A stretch of DNA of 63,862 nucleotides, filler included, from Olpidium bornovanus S191 (GCA_017911155.1; 26 parts of 26 records of this genome joined end to end with filler, not necessarily neighbours in it), one strand, 5' to 3'; shown: positions 38,234-51,256, numbered from the whole stretch's first letter. Notes: generated by a model from the letters alone, not told the origin. Numbers and translations: made by a program.

Positions 38234-39220
38234 CGGGAAAGGGGGGGGGGGGGGGGGGGGGGAGCCGACGGGAGTGGGAAAACCGCTCCCATTCTTCCGA
38301 CCCGCCAGATCCGGCTGCTCGGCTCCGCAACAGAAGTGTCCGCAACCGCCGGTCCGCCGTTTTGTCTACAGAGTAAAACCGCCATCTTCATTGTTTTTTT
38401 CGCCTCTTTGACATGCGTCGCATTTGGGGCTTTGGTGGGCCGGTGAACGGTTTTTTGAACTAGGCTCAGGTGAAACCAAAACGAAATTGGCGTGTTGCCC
38501 TCGCGAGGCCGGTCGGCGCCTGGGGCCAAGCAATGCCAACTGACGGCCGCGCAACGCTCGATCGCTGTGGTTTTTCCCGATCCAGAGGTACTCGTCCACC
38601 GCGTCAGCAGGCAGTGCTGCCGTAGGCAAGTTGCCGAGTCGCCGCGGTTGCCTTTTGCAGTGGAGGCGATCCAAGCTTTACCAGCAGCATCTCTCTATTT
38701 GCGCAAAACGCGTATCGTAGCCTGCGGTTGCGTCGACGATGCGAACAAAAGAGTCTCGTCGTATGCGGAAACGGCGGCGGGAAGGCCTGACTGTTGTTTA
38801 TAGCTCCTCTGCAAAATAGTCTTGCACTAAGCTGACGATGACCAAGAGGGCCAGACCTTTTGACGGGTTGCCGCGACCATTGCAATCTCGCCTGGGAACT
38901 TCGGCCTGACTTGCTACCACAACGGTCGCTTCCAAGACAGCTTCCTGCGCATAAGCTCAATTGCCATTTGTCTGTCAACTGGTTCAGCCGCTGGCACCAC
39001 TCCATAGCCACCCCTAATACTCTACATTACACTAGCAGTGCTAGTAAAAGTAATGTTTAATGATATTGTTCCACATCCATTCGACATACCATGNNNNNNN
39101 NNNNNNNNNNNNNNNNNNNNNNNNNNNNNNNNNNNNNTTAATTAATTAANNNNNNNNNNNNNNNNNNNNNNNNNNNNNNNNNNNNNNNNNNNNAACCTGA
39201 GCTGGATTGTCATTCCTTAG

Positions 39221-40247
39221 GCAGCTTACGACCAGATGGTCCATCCGCAAAAGCGCCTGTTATTGCGCGAGCTGTTACTAGCAGTGATAGGGCGTCTGCT
39301 CGAGATGAAACATGTAAGATCAAGTGCCCCTCACGGTCAGCCAATTTCCAAGCACGTTTTTCCTGATGCCTACAGCTGGGGCGCGGCGGGGCCAGAAACT
39401 CGCGTGGCTCGAGTGCCGCGACTATCACAATTTCGCAGAGGAGCTTGTGGACTTCAAGCTGAGTCCCGAAGACATCGAGATACCCGTCCCTAGCTTTTTC
39501 ACGTCCGACCGCATGGCCGTCATAAACGAGAATCGCGGATTGCTGGTACCCGTTTGTTCCTGTCTTATATGTATCCGGCTTCAGCAGTCGGTTTCCCTCC
39601 ACGGGGCATCCGCTCTAATTCGTTCCCGGACCAAATAAAAGGATTCGCTTAACGCGAAGAAGCTGGAAGCTAGCATCCCGGCCCAGGTGCCGGAGACCAT
39701 GGAAACTGCCACCGCGATCCGGATAATTCAAATAAGCGAACGGGTTCGCCAGGCAGTGGTACGGGCAAAGTACATGCGAGACATAAAGTAAGCTCTGGAA
39801 ACAGAAAAACAGGGCGACTTTCCCTGGGAATGGATCATTACGCCAAGTTAAGTTTACTTTTGGCGCTTGGAATCATGAGGCTCCAGGCAGCCCGCGAGTC
39901 CGACTTCGGAGGACACGAGGAGCAGGATATCGTGGGCCGGGCGGCGCTGAAAATCCAGAAAGTGTAAGGCTGTGCTGTCACCGGGGGTTCTATATGGGGC
40001 CTTGACAGGGGAAAATGCGTACACTCCTATACCAGTTGGGCGCCGCCGGCTCCTTCCCAGTTTCCGCGGATACCGCACGCGGCAGATATTCATGCTGAAG
40101 CGCCAAGAGGAGGAGCTGTTTCTTCGCATGGTCGGCCCCGACTCGCTGTCTCCGCCGGTCCTCGCCAAGCTCAACGACAGCCGGCTTTTCAAGGACGACC
40201 AGGAGCTCCTGCGCAGTTTTCACGAGCGCCGGCGGAGCACCGTCCGA
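39221..40247 (+). CDS. IQCA1: IQ and AAA domain protein IQCA1/DRC11 (flagellar dynein regulatory complex), internal fragment, multi-exon
   Basis: YDQMVHPQKRLLLRELLLAVIGRLLEMKH, LVDFKLSPEDIEIPVPSFF, AIRIIQISERVRQAVVRAKYMRDI and the IQ-like FRGYRTRQIFMLKRQEEELFLRM, in the order expected for IQCA1. Confidence 0.85.
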
Positions 40248-40347
40248 NNNNNNNNNNNNNNNNNNNNNNNNNNNNNNNNNNNNNNNNNNNNTTAATTAAT
40301 TAANNNNNNNNNNNNNNNNNNNNNNNNNNNNNNNNNNNNNNNNNNNN

Positions 40348-41627
40348 CATGGAACTCGTGTGATAACGGTCCGCCAATCTTGCCAGAGTCTGCTTCCGCC
40401 TTAACGGCGACGCCACATTAATTGGTCGAGGGTTACCAGAACCAGCGAGACGTTCTACAAAAGCGGGAAGCCTCACCATTTTGTACGGCACCCCGATTAG
40501 CTTTAGCAGTCGCCGAAACGCCTGCACGACTTCGTCGTACGTGCATTTCGCCTCCTTTTCGGTGGCATCAAACGAGTACAGATCTGCCATGATGAACTCT
40601 TTGGCTCGAAGAAGTCCCATTGTCGGCGAAATCTCGTCGCGGAATTTGCGTCCTTTCGATGTGCCGCTGTGTCAGACCGCTACCGGACGCGAAACGCCAA
40701 GCCCTGAGACGTCGCGAAAGTGCGCATCCAGACCTATTTGGTATAGCCGGACGGGCAGCTGCCGCCAAGAATCCAGGTCGCGCGCCACCAATTTCGTTAT
40801 CTCCTCCTCGTGCGTCGGCGCCAGGCAGAAATCGGATTCCCTCCGGTCTTTCACGCGGAAGAGCTGGCGCAGCGTTGACACGGCCGGCGTCAGCGCCCGG
40901 CAGAACCCAAACCGCGTACGGAGAGCAAAGATCGAAAGCACACCTCGGAACCCGCAGTTTCCCACCGTCCTGTGGTTTTCCAGGGCTCAGCGTCGCTCAA
41001 GTTCGGTAAAATGACTTTGTGGGAGCCTGAAGCATCCACGTTAGCGACGAGCTGGGCACAAGCATTGCGTTGTACGCCACCAACAGGACTGACCAACGCG
41101 GTCACACCTAAACGTTCCATCTCCTGGTCTATGAGCGCCTCGATTTTATTAAGAGACCGGACCGCGAGGGGCAGAAAGGCAAAGACACCCGCTGCTGACT
41201 TGAAGGGACCCGGCGGTAAGCCGGAGGCGTGCTTCCAGCGACGGCGCAACGGCGTTGGCAAAATCCCTCCCCCGCCTCTCACCTGCCGAAGAAATCCAGC
41301 ACGGAGCAGCAGATGGTGACTGACTGCGGTCGCACGCGGGAGCTGATTCTCTTTAAGAGTGACCGCGAACTGCTTGGAAACCAGAGGAGGGTCCGCTCGC
41401 CACGAGGACGACCTCGCCTGCAAACCCGACAGCACGTCAGCGGGGTTACGCCCGGTGGTCGCCCAGCTGAGCCGCTCGGAACACAGCAGTGCGTTTACCA
41501 CCGGGGGAAATCGACCGCGGACCGCCGCGCTGCGTCCGACAGCCCGCGGTGCTGGCAACCAGCAGCGGCCGTCGGCCGCCTGCAGGCGCCACCCGCGCAA
41601 CACGCTCGGCGCTGCCGCGGCCGGCAT
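40348..41627 (-). CDS. AIM10: Mitochondrial (bacterial-type) prolyl-tRNA synthetase, 3' partial, multi-exon
   Basis: Arg/Ala-rich presequence, [101 protein letters not shown]. Confidence 0.93.
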
Positions 41628-44600
41628 GTGCTCAGCTTTTTTTCTTGGGCCGTACTGTGCCCGTGGGAGCGGGCCAGGGCGGAAACCGGAGGAGGAGCAG
41701 GATTTTGGCACCCCCCGCGCGCCAGCCCCGGTCCCCGCCCCCCCACTCGCCGTGTTCTCGCCGGGCGCGCAGGAGAAAAACGATGCCGCATGTCGATCGC
41801 CCGAATCCCGATCACGCCGGACACGCAGAGACATCCGGGCAGCGTCAGGATTAGTCCCTTCCGCCCTCTCCCGTCTTCAGCGAACGACGGGGGCGCGGGG
41901 GGCTGGCTAAGCGCACCTCGCGCGGCCCGGGGCGCTTTCGCGCGCACTCTCGCTTCCCTCCCGTGCAGTCACCTCCCTTTTGACGGTAGCCGGTCCCTGC
42001 GCTCCTTTCAGGGCGCCACCCAACCTGCTGCGGGCCTTCGCCCGCCCGCGGGAGATGGTCGCCCCTCGCCCTCCTTTCACCTGTCCTCAAAAGCGTCCGG
42101 CGACGATCCCACCGGGAACGTGGCGGGCCCACGTCGAGGACGTGTTCGCAATTTTCTGAAATGGTCCACCAGCACTCCATCTATTATCATAGCATAGTTT
42201 CCGTGGGCGTGCCGTTCAAACCGCATGGTGGCATCATCTATTGGCCTGGCGCCCTGCCGTCCAACCAGAATCATGAAAAGAACGGTCCGTCGTTCCCGCA
42301 GGGTAAAAAGGAAAAAAAAAACGAAAATGGAAGTCGCGAATCGGTTCCTGTGCACGATAAGTAGGGTGGCGCGGTGCCGGCAGATGCCGCAACCGCTTTG
42401 CTTCCGTTGTTTGAGTCGATCCGAGACCGACTGCAGGCGGTTTTAGCGGAAATTAAAAAAAACCCCGTTATTTTTAACCCTAACCCTTCATAACGGTCTG
42501 GTGGCAAAAAAGGCTTTCGTTCTGGGTGTATTCATTCTCGCGAAAACCTACTTCATGAACGTGACGCACAGGCTTCGAGAGGCACGGAAGGATCCGGAAG
42601 GGCGGGTCCCCGACACTGCTGCTCCGGCGTGGGATCCTCGTTCCCGCCGTGTCCGGCAAAAGTTCGCGCGGCCAACTAAGCACAGTCTTCCCTCTGATAA
42701 GTTATCCCCACAAACGGAATAACCTCTGCTAAGTTATCAGGTTTTTGAACCACCAACATCGTTCTATGGTGACTATGGAATACGGAATACAGAATACCCC
42801 GCCAGGCCCAATATAACTTATCCGAGGGAGCCATCCTTTTTTGTCAAGAGTAGACATGTTGTGTAGCATGCTGTGGAGCAACAAAATGGGGAAGGGACAC
42901 TGTTTAAGCCACGCATCAAGTGTGGTCTGGGTGGTCCAAGAACTACGGAGCTCAGCTTGAATGCGTCGAAGGGCACGATGAGCAGCANNNNNNNNNNNNN
43001 NNNNNNNNNNNNNNNNNNNNNNNNNNNNNNNTTAATTAATTAANNNNNNNNNNNNNNNNNNNNNNNNNNNNNNNNNNNNNNNNNNNNATGGTAATTTTGT
43101 GGGAAGGGAACGACCGGTCTCTCTAGTGGGGAAGCGGCTGGATACCAGGAGGACGAGCGGAGATGGAAAGGAGGCAGACGTGTTGATATGAGAAAGTGAA
43201 TGCTCATGCTGCAGAAGTGGTAGGAAAAATGACACGCAGTTTAGGACTGCAAAGACAAAGACTGCAGGGTAATGGTTTGATCAGGACTATCCAACACGCC
43301 TTGTACCGATCGGCACTCGAAAAGTACTGTCTAGGCATACAGCTTCATTTTCGCAGGTTCTACAACTTCGATCGGCTGAAAAAGGCCGGCTACAGCTGTG
43401 ATTGAGAATTTGCCGCGGATGACAGCATCATACTCGTCGCGATCCTATTAAATAATTACTAACTCGAAGGACTCGAGTCGTACCTACAGGTTCAAGTCTT
43501 ATATACAAGTCTTATTATGAACCATTTACAATTTGATTCAATCATCCTGCTTATTGGCGAATCAACGCTGGCGCTCGTTCTTGATTCTGGTAGTCACTGG
43601 TGACGGGCGAGATGGGTTGACCACGGCGCGCTGATCGCGGCCGATCGCGAAAGGGCTGCGGTCGACGGCAACCAATATTGGGCTCCCTTTTTCGTTCCAG
43701 AAAACGCCCGTCGTTCACACGGCGCAAGGTTTCTTGAACTAAACGCCGCAGCCGTCTCTCTCCTAGGTTTTCGTCGAACACGCTCGTCGAGGTCATCATC
43801 CCCGGCTTACCCGTCGACGACGCCAGTCTTAGTCGAACATGGAACTTCGCCGGCCCACTTAAAGATCCGGCGCGGGGAGGACCACTCCCGCCGAGGGGTG
43901 GGTTGAACGAACGGAATGTTGGCAAATGCCTCCGTTGCCGGCCAATCTAGCGACGCGGGGCGCCTTAGTGAACATCACAACCGTCGAATCCCAGCGGCGC
44001 ACGGAATGACGGCATCAAACCCCCCCCCCCGCCGCTCGAAGAGGCCAAAAAAAAGCAAAAAACGGCTGAACAACCATGGTGTTGCCAGGAGCTCAAAATT
44101 CATATCTGTACTTTTTTTATACAACCATTCCGGTTTCAAATCGAAATAATAGTCAATCTCTCCATTCAATTCTAGCCATTTCAGAATTGCATTTTCACGA
44201 CGCCTGTGAAAATGTGACATTTCACCGATATGAATTAAGGCTCTCATTTATTAATCTTGTCGAAATTCCCGTATATACTTCTGTTGGTCAGCCACTAATA
44301 TTTAACGTCCCTTTGAATCTGGTGAAGCGTCCTGGTTCTGTTCACTTTTGGCTTCATCTTGCGCAAGGTTTAAATTTTCCAGATTTCATTATGTCAGAAG
44401 ATGACAGGTAACCGTTAGCGTCACGCGACCATGTAGCACCCCTATTCTTCAAAACCTTCCCCTTTCCTCCATACTTTGAACACTATCTTAATATTAAGGA
44501 GTAAGCCGAGTTCGCGGCGGATCCGAACCGCTGCAATGGAGAAAGAAAAGAGTAAGGTTTAGAAGATGTGCATTAACTGAGCGGGTTTGTGTTTGTGTGT

Positions 44601-44726
44601 GGTTGACGGGTGGTTACGGTCACGTCGGGTTACAGTCCCGGGTGTGACGCCAAAAGCGAAAGAAACTCCTGTAGACCCTATAACCTAACTGTTCGGGAAG
44701 AAAGCTCCGGTGAAAGGTCTTCGAAA

Positions 44727-46230
44727 GGTTACGAGCCCAAGGGTCACTTGCCCTGTCCTCTCCCCGACTTCTCTGAACGCGTCGCCGTGACTCGACACCG
44801 TCCGCCGACGCAGAGGCCGCCCCGTGCGCGCCTCTGCTTAGCTGTCATCGCGGCGCATCATTGCGCTCCGCCGAGCCGCCCGCGCTCTGCGTTGCCGCGC
44901 CGTCGCCGTTGTCCTTTCACTAACGATCTCCGCGCGCGCCACGCGCGCCACCAAGCCGCGTCATCGCGCCACTTCCCCGTGCCTCTACTGACCTGCTCTC
45001 TGCCTCATTGCGCGTCAACGGCGTCGAAGAGAGGCGTGGTCGAAGTCGTAGTTACCGGGTCGAAACGAACGTCCCCGATGTCAAAACCTTTGACTCCGCG
45101 TCGACGGAGGCGACGGACCATAAGCCATGCCGTCCCCGGTTCCCACAGCACTGACGCAAGCTCGGTCCAAGCAGCTCCGTCTCAGCCCCAGTCCGACACA
45201 ACGCGCTTCCGCACGTCAGCCGTCCCCATATGCAGTAGCTTGGAGACGAGAAGCAAAACCAACAAGAGCAGCTCCTCTATGCCTTTACTGCCTACTACGA
45301 CTACAGCGACGACAACAATGTCGGCTTAGGGTTCCGATATCGGCCACAGTCGCCCGAAGCGCAAGACTGACTTTCTCATCAATCCCAGATCGTGTGCTCC
45401 CTTCGGTTCCGGAACAACTGCCGATGAGCCATCCGGCAGGGAGCCGGCGCACACACAAACGCGCCTCCCCGGCGGTTTCCAGACAGGAAGAGCGCCTCAA
45501 GCGCTACCACCACCGCTCAACATCTTCGTCATGCGTCCCATATAAGAGCGTCAATATTGAAAACCCGCCATTGCAGGAGAAACTGACGAGGAAGATGATT
45601 TTGACGGTGCCCTCGGCGGTGGGCCGCATGACGCAGCTCCCCTTGTTCCTCCTGCAGCCGCCCCGAAGAATTTCGTGAGTGGCGCCGACAAGCGTGCTGG
45701 GGATATCTTGAAGCTTGCCGCATCCTGCGTGCTCTCGGAATTCCTCTGTTCCCTCAGCTCCGATGGCGTATATCAGGGGCCCCTTTCTATCTGGGTTCGC
45801 CCCCTTTCTATCTGGGTTCGCCCTCTGGATGATGGGAGAAGGACAAAGGGATCTCCTTTTCTCACGAAGCTTAAACCATGTCCATCATGTGGTCCTCAGA
45901 GTCCCTCAGGCAGAACCCCAGAGTCCTAGAGGGCAGGGGGAACAGAAGGATGATGGGTGAAATACAGGATTTCTTTTTCTCACGGTTGGCTTGACCATGT
46001 CGGTCATGTGGCCCTCAGGTTCGTCAGGCAGAATCCCACAGATCCCTAGCGGGCAGGGGGAATAGGAGGATCTCGTTTCCCGCAGAACATTGAATTGCGA
46101 GCAGAACAACATGTCGGCATATCAACGACATAACGGAGAACATATGGGGCGAGCAACACTGTCGCGCGGAGCTCCGTCAGGTTTACCGAGCCGGGTTGGA
46201 CGTTCGGTAAAACTGACGAAGCTTCTCACG
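44727..46230 (+). mobile_element. Probable decayed Copia internal region starting at a half-tRNA PBS
   Basis: GGTTACGAGCCC at 44727-44738 has one mismatch to the GGTTATGAGCCC primer site. Broken ORFs and an approximately 110-nt degenerate duplication (about 45870-46070) follow. No recognisable Gag/Pol motif. Confidence 0.4.
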
Positions 46231-46330
46231 NNNNNNNNNNNNNNNNNNNNNNNNNNNNNNNNNNNNNNNNNNNNTTAATTAATTAANNNNNNNNNNNNNN
46301 NNNNNNNNNNNNNNNNNNNNNNNNNNNNNN

Positions 46331-46767
46331 CATGATCCGGACCTCCCGGTAAAGCTTGGACACTTTCTTCTCGTCTAACTGCGTCTTGTCGATGACCTTG
46401 ATGGCAACCTGGAGTGGAAGGGGAGAGGACGAAAAAAAAAAATTCGAGTTATCGCTTGCGACTTTTCCGGCATCGCGACGAACTTTTACAAGGAGGGAAA
46501 AATTGAAAACAAAAAAGTCTATGGGGGTGCTGTTATGAAGAAAGAAAGAACGAAAACAAAAACAAAAGACCGAAATCAACGAAATAAAAAGAAAAGAGGG
46601 GAACGCACCTCTTGTTCGGTTAACTTATGTTTCGCGAGCTTGACCTTTGCGAAATTCCCCTCGCCGAGCGTCTTGACGAATTGATAATTCCCGATGCCGG
46701 GCAAGGCGAAGTCCGGGTTGGACTCCTCCGCCGCCTTTTTCGGCGAGCGCTGTTTGCCGGAAGACAT
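46331..46767 (-). CDS. MARK/Par-1/Kin1-type (AMPK-related) kinase, first two exons 46767-46609 and 46408-46331
   Basis: [29 protein letters not shown] / [26 protein letters not shown]. Confidence 0.9.
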
Positions 46768-47778
46768 CGCCGGGAGACGAGCGTTGTCCTTCGGCCCAGT
46801 AGGCCGAGGCGACAGCTACTGCTCTCTCGGAAGAAGCGGCGGCGCGGGCCAACTGAGCCCTAGTGCGACGGGCTTTCCGCGGGCAAATTCTTCTCGATCC
46901 CCTCCGGCCTTACGCTCGATTTTTGAGGTAATTGGGCGGTGCGCTTCCGGTAGAAGTGAGGCCAGGGAGGGGAGTTGGGGGGTGGGGTGAGGAGGGGGGC
47001 GAGGGGGGGTGGGGGGCGGGAAAGGGGAGAGGAATTATTTACTGGGAAAGAAACGCAATAAACCGGAGCGGAGGGGGAGGGGACGCCGGTGGGCTTCGCC
47101 AAGCAACGAAACGCTTTTTGTGGCGGCCGTCCCAAGAAACCGGCTTGGGCATCGGAAGCCCGAACCCGGACCATCCCTGCGGGCGAACGCCTTTGAGGCG
47201 CTTGGATGCGCGCCATTCCGTTGAACCGACGAGCCCTTGGGTCGGAGGGGAAGAGGCGCGGATGACCGGGTGGCGGGGGCCGCCCTCCCTGGAAACCCCG
47301 GGGATTAAAAGGCGTCTTGCTTTTTTTTTTTTCTTCCCGGGCTCGGAAAATTTTTGTCGCACCCCCCTTCCTGCGCTAACGCACGCGTTCCCTTGACACC
47401 ATCCTCCCGCCCTGGCGCAACTTGAAGAATCGAATGAAACGCGGCGAGAGGAGTAAAGTTTGGAATCGGAATAAGCTACAGGGCTCCGTAACGAAGCCGT
47501 ATGTACGCATTTATACACAGCGTGTTCTGGCCAGGGCGGTAATACCGAGCACACCAGAAGTAAACGGGAGGGCGTGGTCCCTGCCGCGCGATGTACTTGA
47601 CACAGCCTGAGCGTCAGGGGCCTCATCTATTTTCCTGCGATCCTCCTCATCGCGCGCACCGTGGGGCCCTTTTAGGCCCATGGTCACCAATATACTTCCA
47701 ACTTAGCTCTATTCGCCTTTGCGGAGTTCGCCCCTCGGCGGTCTCTCGTGTGAGGCGTGAACTCCCCGGAGCTCTTCT

Positions 47779-48060
47779 TTAGACTTCGCGCATACCGAGT
47801 CTGTCGCGGAAGCCGATGCACTTGGTTTGGTCCAAGGGCTTCGTGCACAAGTCAGCGACGTTCTTGGCAAACCCAACTCGTTTTATGGTGATGGTCTTGT
47901 TCGCAGCATATCTTCGCAGGTGGTGGTATTGGATGCTCGTATGTTTTGATTTTTGGACGCCTTTTGTAACAAGTCTGTGTTGTCTGGTTTTGTGTGTTTT
48001 GTTCGGCCAATGGCAAAGTAAATTTTTCGCATTATGAGAGATATAACACATATGCAGCTC
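47779..48060 (-). mobile_element. Ty1/Copia RNase H C-terminal remnant
   Basis: KSKHTSIQYHHLRRY...ITIKRV...NVADLCTKPLDQTKCIGFRDRLGM*. Confidence 0.8.
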
Positions 48061-48179
48061 TTGGAACTCAACACTCCTTCTCATTGTCTTGAGAGTAAAA
48101 CCAGAAAGATGCAAAACAAAAGGGTTGCGCGATAATACTGAAAGAGCTGATAAAATTTTGAATAAATGTGTTATACTAG

Positions 48180-49307
48180 ACGCATAATGTGATCACGTAC
48201 ATAAGCACACACTGCTCTCCCGTCCCTGCCGGCTTTTCCGTCCACAAATAAAAGAAAAAGCCCGAACCGTCCGTCGTTACATGGTAGCAACGCCCGTCTC
48301 TATCTAGGGAAGCCCGCCATCCGCCGCCTGCCGTCCGCCGGCCGCCGTCTGCCATCCGCCATTCGCCGTCCGTCCGCCGCCCGCCGCCCGTCACCACCGC
48401 TGCGCTCCGCCGCCGCCCCGTCCGCCGTCCGCCGTCTGCCATCCGCGCTGCCCGCCATCCGCCGCCTGCCGTCCGCCGTCCGCCGTCTGCCATCCGCGCC
48501 GCCCGCCATCCGTCACCTGCCGTCCACCATCTGCCGTCCGCCATCCGCCGTCTGCCATCCGCCATTCGCCGTCCGTCCGCCGCCCGCCGCCCGTCACCAC
48601 CGCTGCGCTCCGCCGCCGCCCGTCGCCACCGCTGCGCTCCGCCGCCGCCGCGTTTGCCGTCGCATTCCCCGTCGCCGTCGCGCAGCCCGCCGTCCGCCGT
48701 TGCGTAGCGTCCGCAACCGCCGTGTCCTTAGCTCACCACGATCACACCATGGATCAACCCTGTGCCCTGTCGGCTGACGAGGCCGCCGTCCTTTTTGCCG
48801 AACTGCAACAGCTCCGCACCTGGGACCAACAGAACGCCACACTTCTCGCAGCTGTACACCAACAACAACAACAGGAGGCACAGGAGGTAGCTGCCGCCAT
48901 CAAGGTTCCGGAGCCCTCCAAGTACGACGGCACACGCAAGGCCGCCTTGGTCAACGAGTTTGTGGATGCGGTCGAGTCCTTCGTCGCTCTCCGTTACCCG
49001 ACCGTCCCCGCTCTTAGCCAAGTCATGGCGGTGGGCCTAGATGCTGTCCCGCGTGGCCCGCGACTGGTTCAGGCTCCAGTCTTGTCAGGAACATTTCGCG
49101 AATGTCCAGGACTTACTTACACGTCTAAAGCGCCAGTTCCTACCCCTCAACTATCAGCGCCTCCTACGAGACGACCTGGTCTGCTGCACCCAACGTTCCT
49201 CCGTCCCGGAGTATGCAAGTCGCTTCCAGAACATTCTCCTACAACTGGAAGACGTCACTCAGGCGGAGGCTTTTGACCGGTTCATACGTGGCCTCAAACA
49301 ACAAACA
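48180..49307 (+). mobile_element. Ty3/Gypsy element A: LTR end (GTTACA, 48281), PBS 48282-48289, leader and frameshifted gag
   Basis: TGGTAGCA is complementary to the tRNAiMet 3' end. Gag reads IKVPEPSKYDGTR...ARDWF...LKRQFLPLNYQ...TQRSSVPEYASRFQ...FDRFIRGLK. The 5' boundary is approximate. Confidence 0.85.
48314..48725. repeat. GC-rich minisatellite (CCGCCGTC / GCCATCCGCC units) in the leader of gypsy element A
   Basis: Recurrent CCGCCGTCTGCCATCCG and CCGTCACCACCGCTGCGCTCCGCCGCCG blocks lie between the PBS and the gag ATG. Confidence 0.85.
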
Positions 49308-50391
49308 TGTCACGGCGTCACGGCGTCACGGCGCGCCCGCTACGGTGGCGTCAAACCCCTCTCGGGCTGCGTCAAACCCCTCTCGGGCTGTGTCAAACCA
49401 CTCTCTGGGGCAGCCCACCGAGCGCCGGTCACGTGCCCCGAGAATTGCCGAAACCACTAGACACACCAGTGTGTCTAGTCGTGATGTCACGTGACCCCCA
49501 GACCTAGATCAAGACCAAGAACTGTGTGCGTGGGCTTACCAGTGTGGTGGTGCCCGCGATGTGAGGGCTCACCAGTGAGGGCAGCGCCCGAGCAGTAATA
49601 TCGGCAAATTTCCACCACGTTGAGGCCTTCGTAGTATTTCCGAGCCCGCGATAAATCTCCACCGTGCTTTCGGAGTATTTCCGAGCTCAGCCGCAATACT
49701 GGATATTGTGTACCGGATATCGCTTGCTGGATATTGAGCACCAGTACGCGCGACACAGTGCACACACATGCACACACACCACATATCCGCTACGGCGCCG
49801 GCCATGGTAGCCATGCTTATATGAAAACGCATATAACACGTACCTTTAGATTCCCAAGAATTCCCAACTTTCCAGAATCCCGCACTATACGTACTCCAGA
49901 CCTAGTCTCCAGATCCAGATCCAGAGCCAGACGGCAAATACAATCTCCAGATAGCGCTACATGCGGATTATGTATTTCGCTTGTTACATGGTAGCAATGC
50001 GCATAAATCACATCTAGAATAAAAAGAGAAAAATCCACACCTGCATCAATGTCATCTCTCAACGCGGCACCGGCTGGGATTACACCTGAGATCATGGCCT
50101 ACTTCCAGCTGCTACTCGTGTCTGAAGTAGACAAGGCCCGGGAACAAACCGGCACCGAAGTCGCGTCCACAGAGGCCATTGCCAGCAGGAAGCCCTCGGA
50201 GCAGGAGCAGGCCGTAGCCAAGCTCTTCCTGCATACCATGAAGATCTTTACTGGGAAAGATCGCCGACCCCATGTTCTTCACACCTTCCTCCAAAACTTC
50301 GACAAATATGTGTCGTTGATGCGTCTCGAAGGGAAGGAACGTGGGATTGCATTTAGTGCAATGCTCACAGAAGACGCGGCGATTTGGTACC
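49308..50391 (+). mobile_element. Ty3/Gypsy element B: complete 681-bp 5' LTR (49308-49988), PBS (49989-49996), gag start (50049)
   Basis: TGTCAC...GTTACA termini, PBS TGGTAGCA, and gag-like MKIFTG.DRRPHVLHTFLQNFDKYV......KERGIAFSAMLTEDAAIWY. Confidence 0.88.
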
Positions 50392-51256
50392 NNNNNNNNN
50401 NNNNNNNNNNNNNNNNNNNNNNNNNNNNNNNNNNNTTAATTAATTAANNNNNNNNNNNNNNNNNNNNNNNNNNNNNNNNNNNNNNNNNNNNATATCTACC
50501 CGTATTATGCCGAGTTCAAATAGTTATATACTAGCATTATATTTACTACAATTAACTACTGCTGATTATTAGATATCAGCGTCCGTCGACTAGGTGAACA
50601 ACGGGGACATGCTTTCGATGCTTGACAAAGCCAAGAGACTTGTTGAGAATATTGGCGGTTTGATGCTCCGATGGAATTGTCTTATGGAGGATCTGCCCCC
50701 ACTCAACGCGCTCGAGGATGAGATGGTATCGCACAATAGACTGTGTGTGTTCGTTAGCTACCGCTCGGAGGTGACGGGAGGGCGCAATGAACTTTTTAGA
50801 GCGATTAAGGAAAGGGAAGGAGAGAAGAGATCGTCTACTCAGCCACCCGATTCGCCGGGGTAAACGAAAGCGACAGGCCCACGATAAAAGACGCGCAACA
50901 CGGTTTCGGCGCGATAAATGAGGACCGTTGTCGGGCGGGAATCCGCAGCGACGAGAGTTCCGCAGGATTTGACGGGTAGCTGTGGGCTAGGTTACGGGTA
51001 AGCTCGGGCCTAGGTCGGGGAGCGGCTGCGTCCCGCCTCTTCGTTCCTCGAAGCCCCTTTTGACGGCGCGGTCAGGGAGGGGGAAAGTCGGCTCTCTTCT
51101 AGCAGAAGCTTACAAACCCAAGAGCGCGCCAACCGTTCATCTTTGTGAACGGTGCAATTGCGAGGCGTCAGCGTATCCCACCAAACGATAACCTCGACCC
51201 TGTCCCCTTCGAAAGCACCCTCAATATACGCCCGATTAATAAACTTGCAATAATAC

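Noticed and set aside
42475-42487. TAACCCCTAACCC telomere-like sequence
   Set aside because: Only about two imperfect units, internal to a contig.
44674-44745. Nested stems suggesting a hammerhead or HDV-like ribozyme
   Set aside because: No CUGANGA/GAAA core and no convincing HDV pseudoknot. The stems overlap a retrotransposon PBS and are better explained as LTR-leader structure.
50940-50949. AATCCGCAGC, resembling the group I intron Q element
   Set aside because: No correctly ordered P, R or S elements nearby and no host gene.
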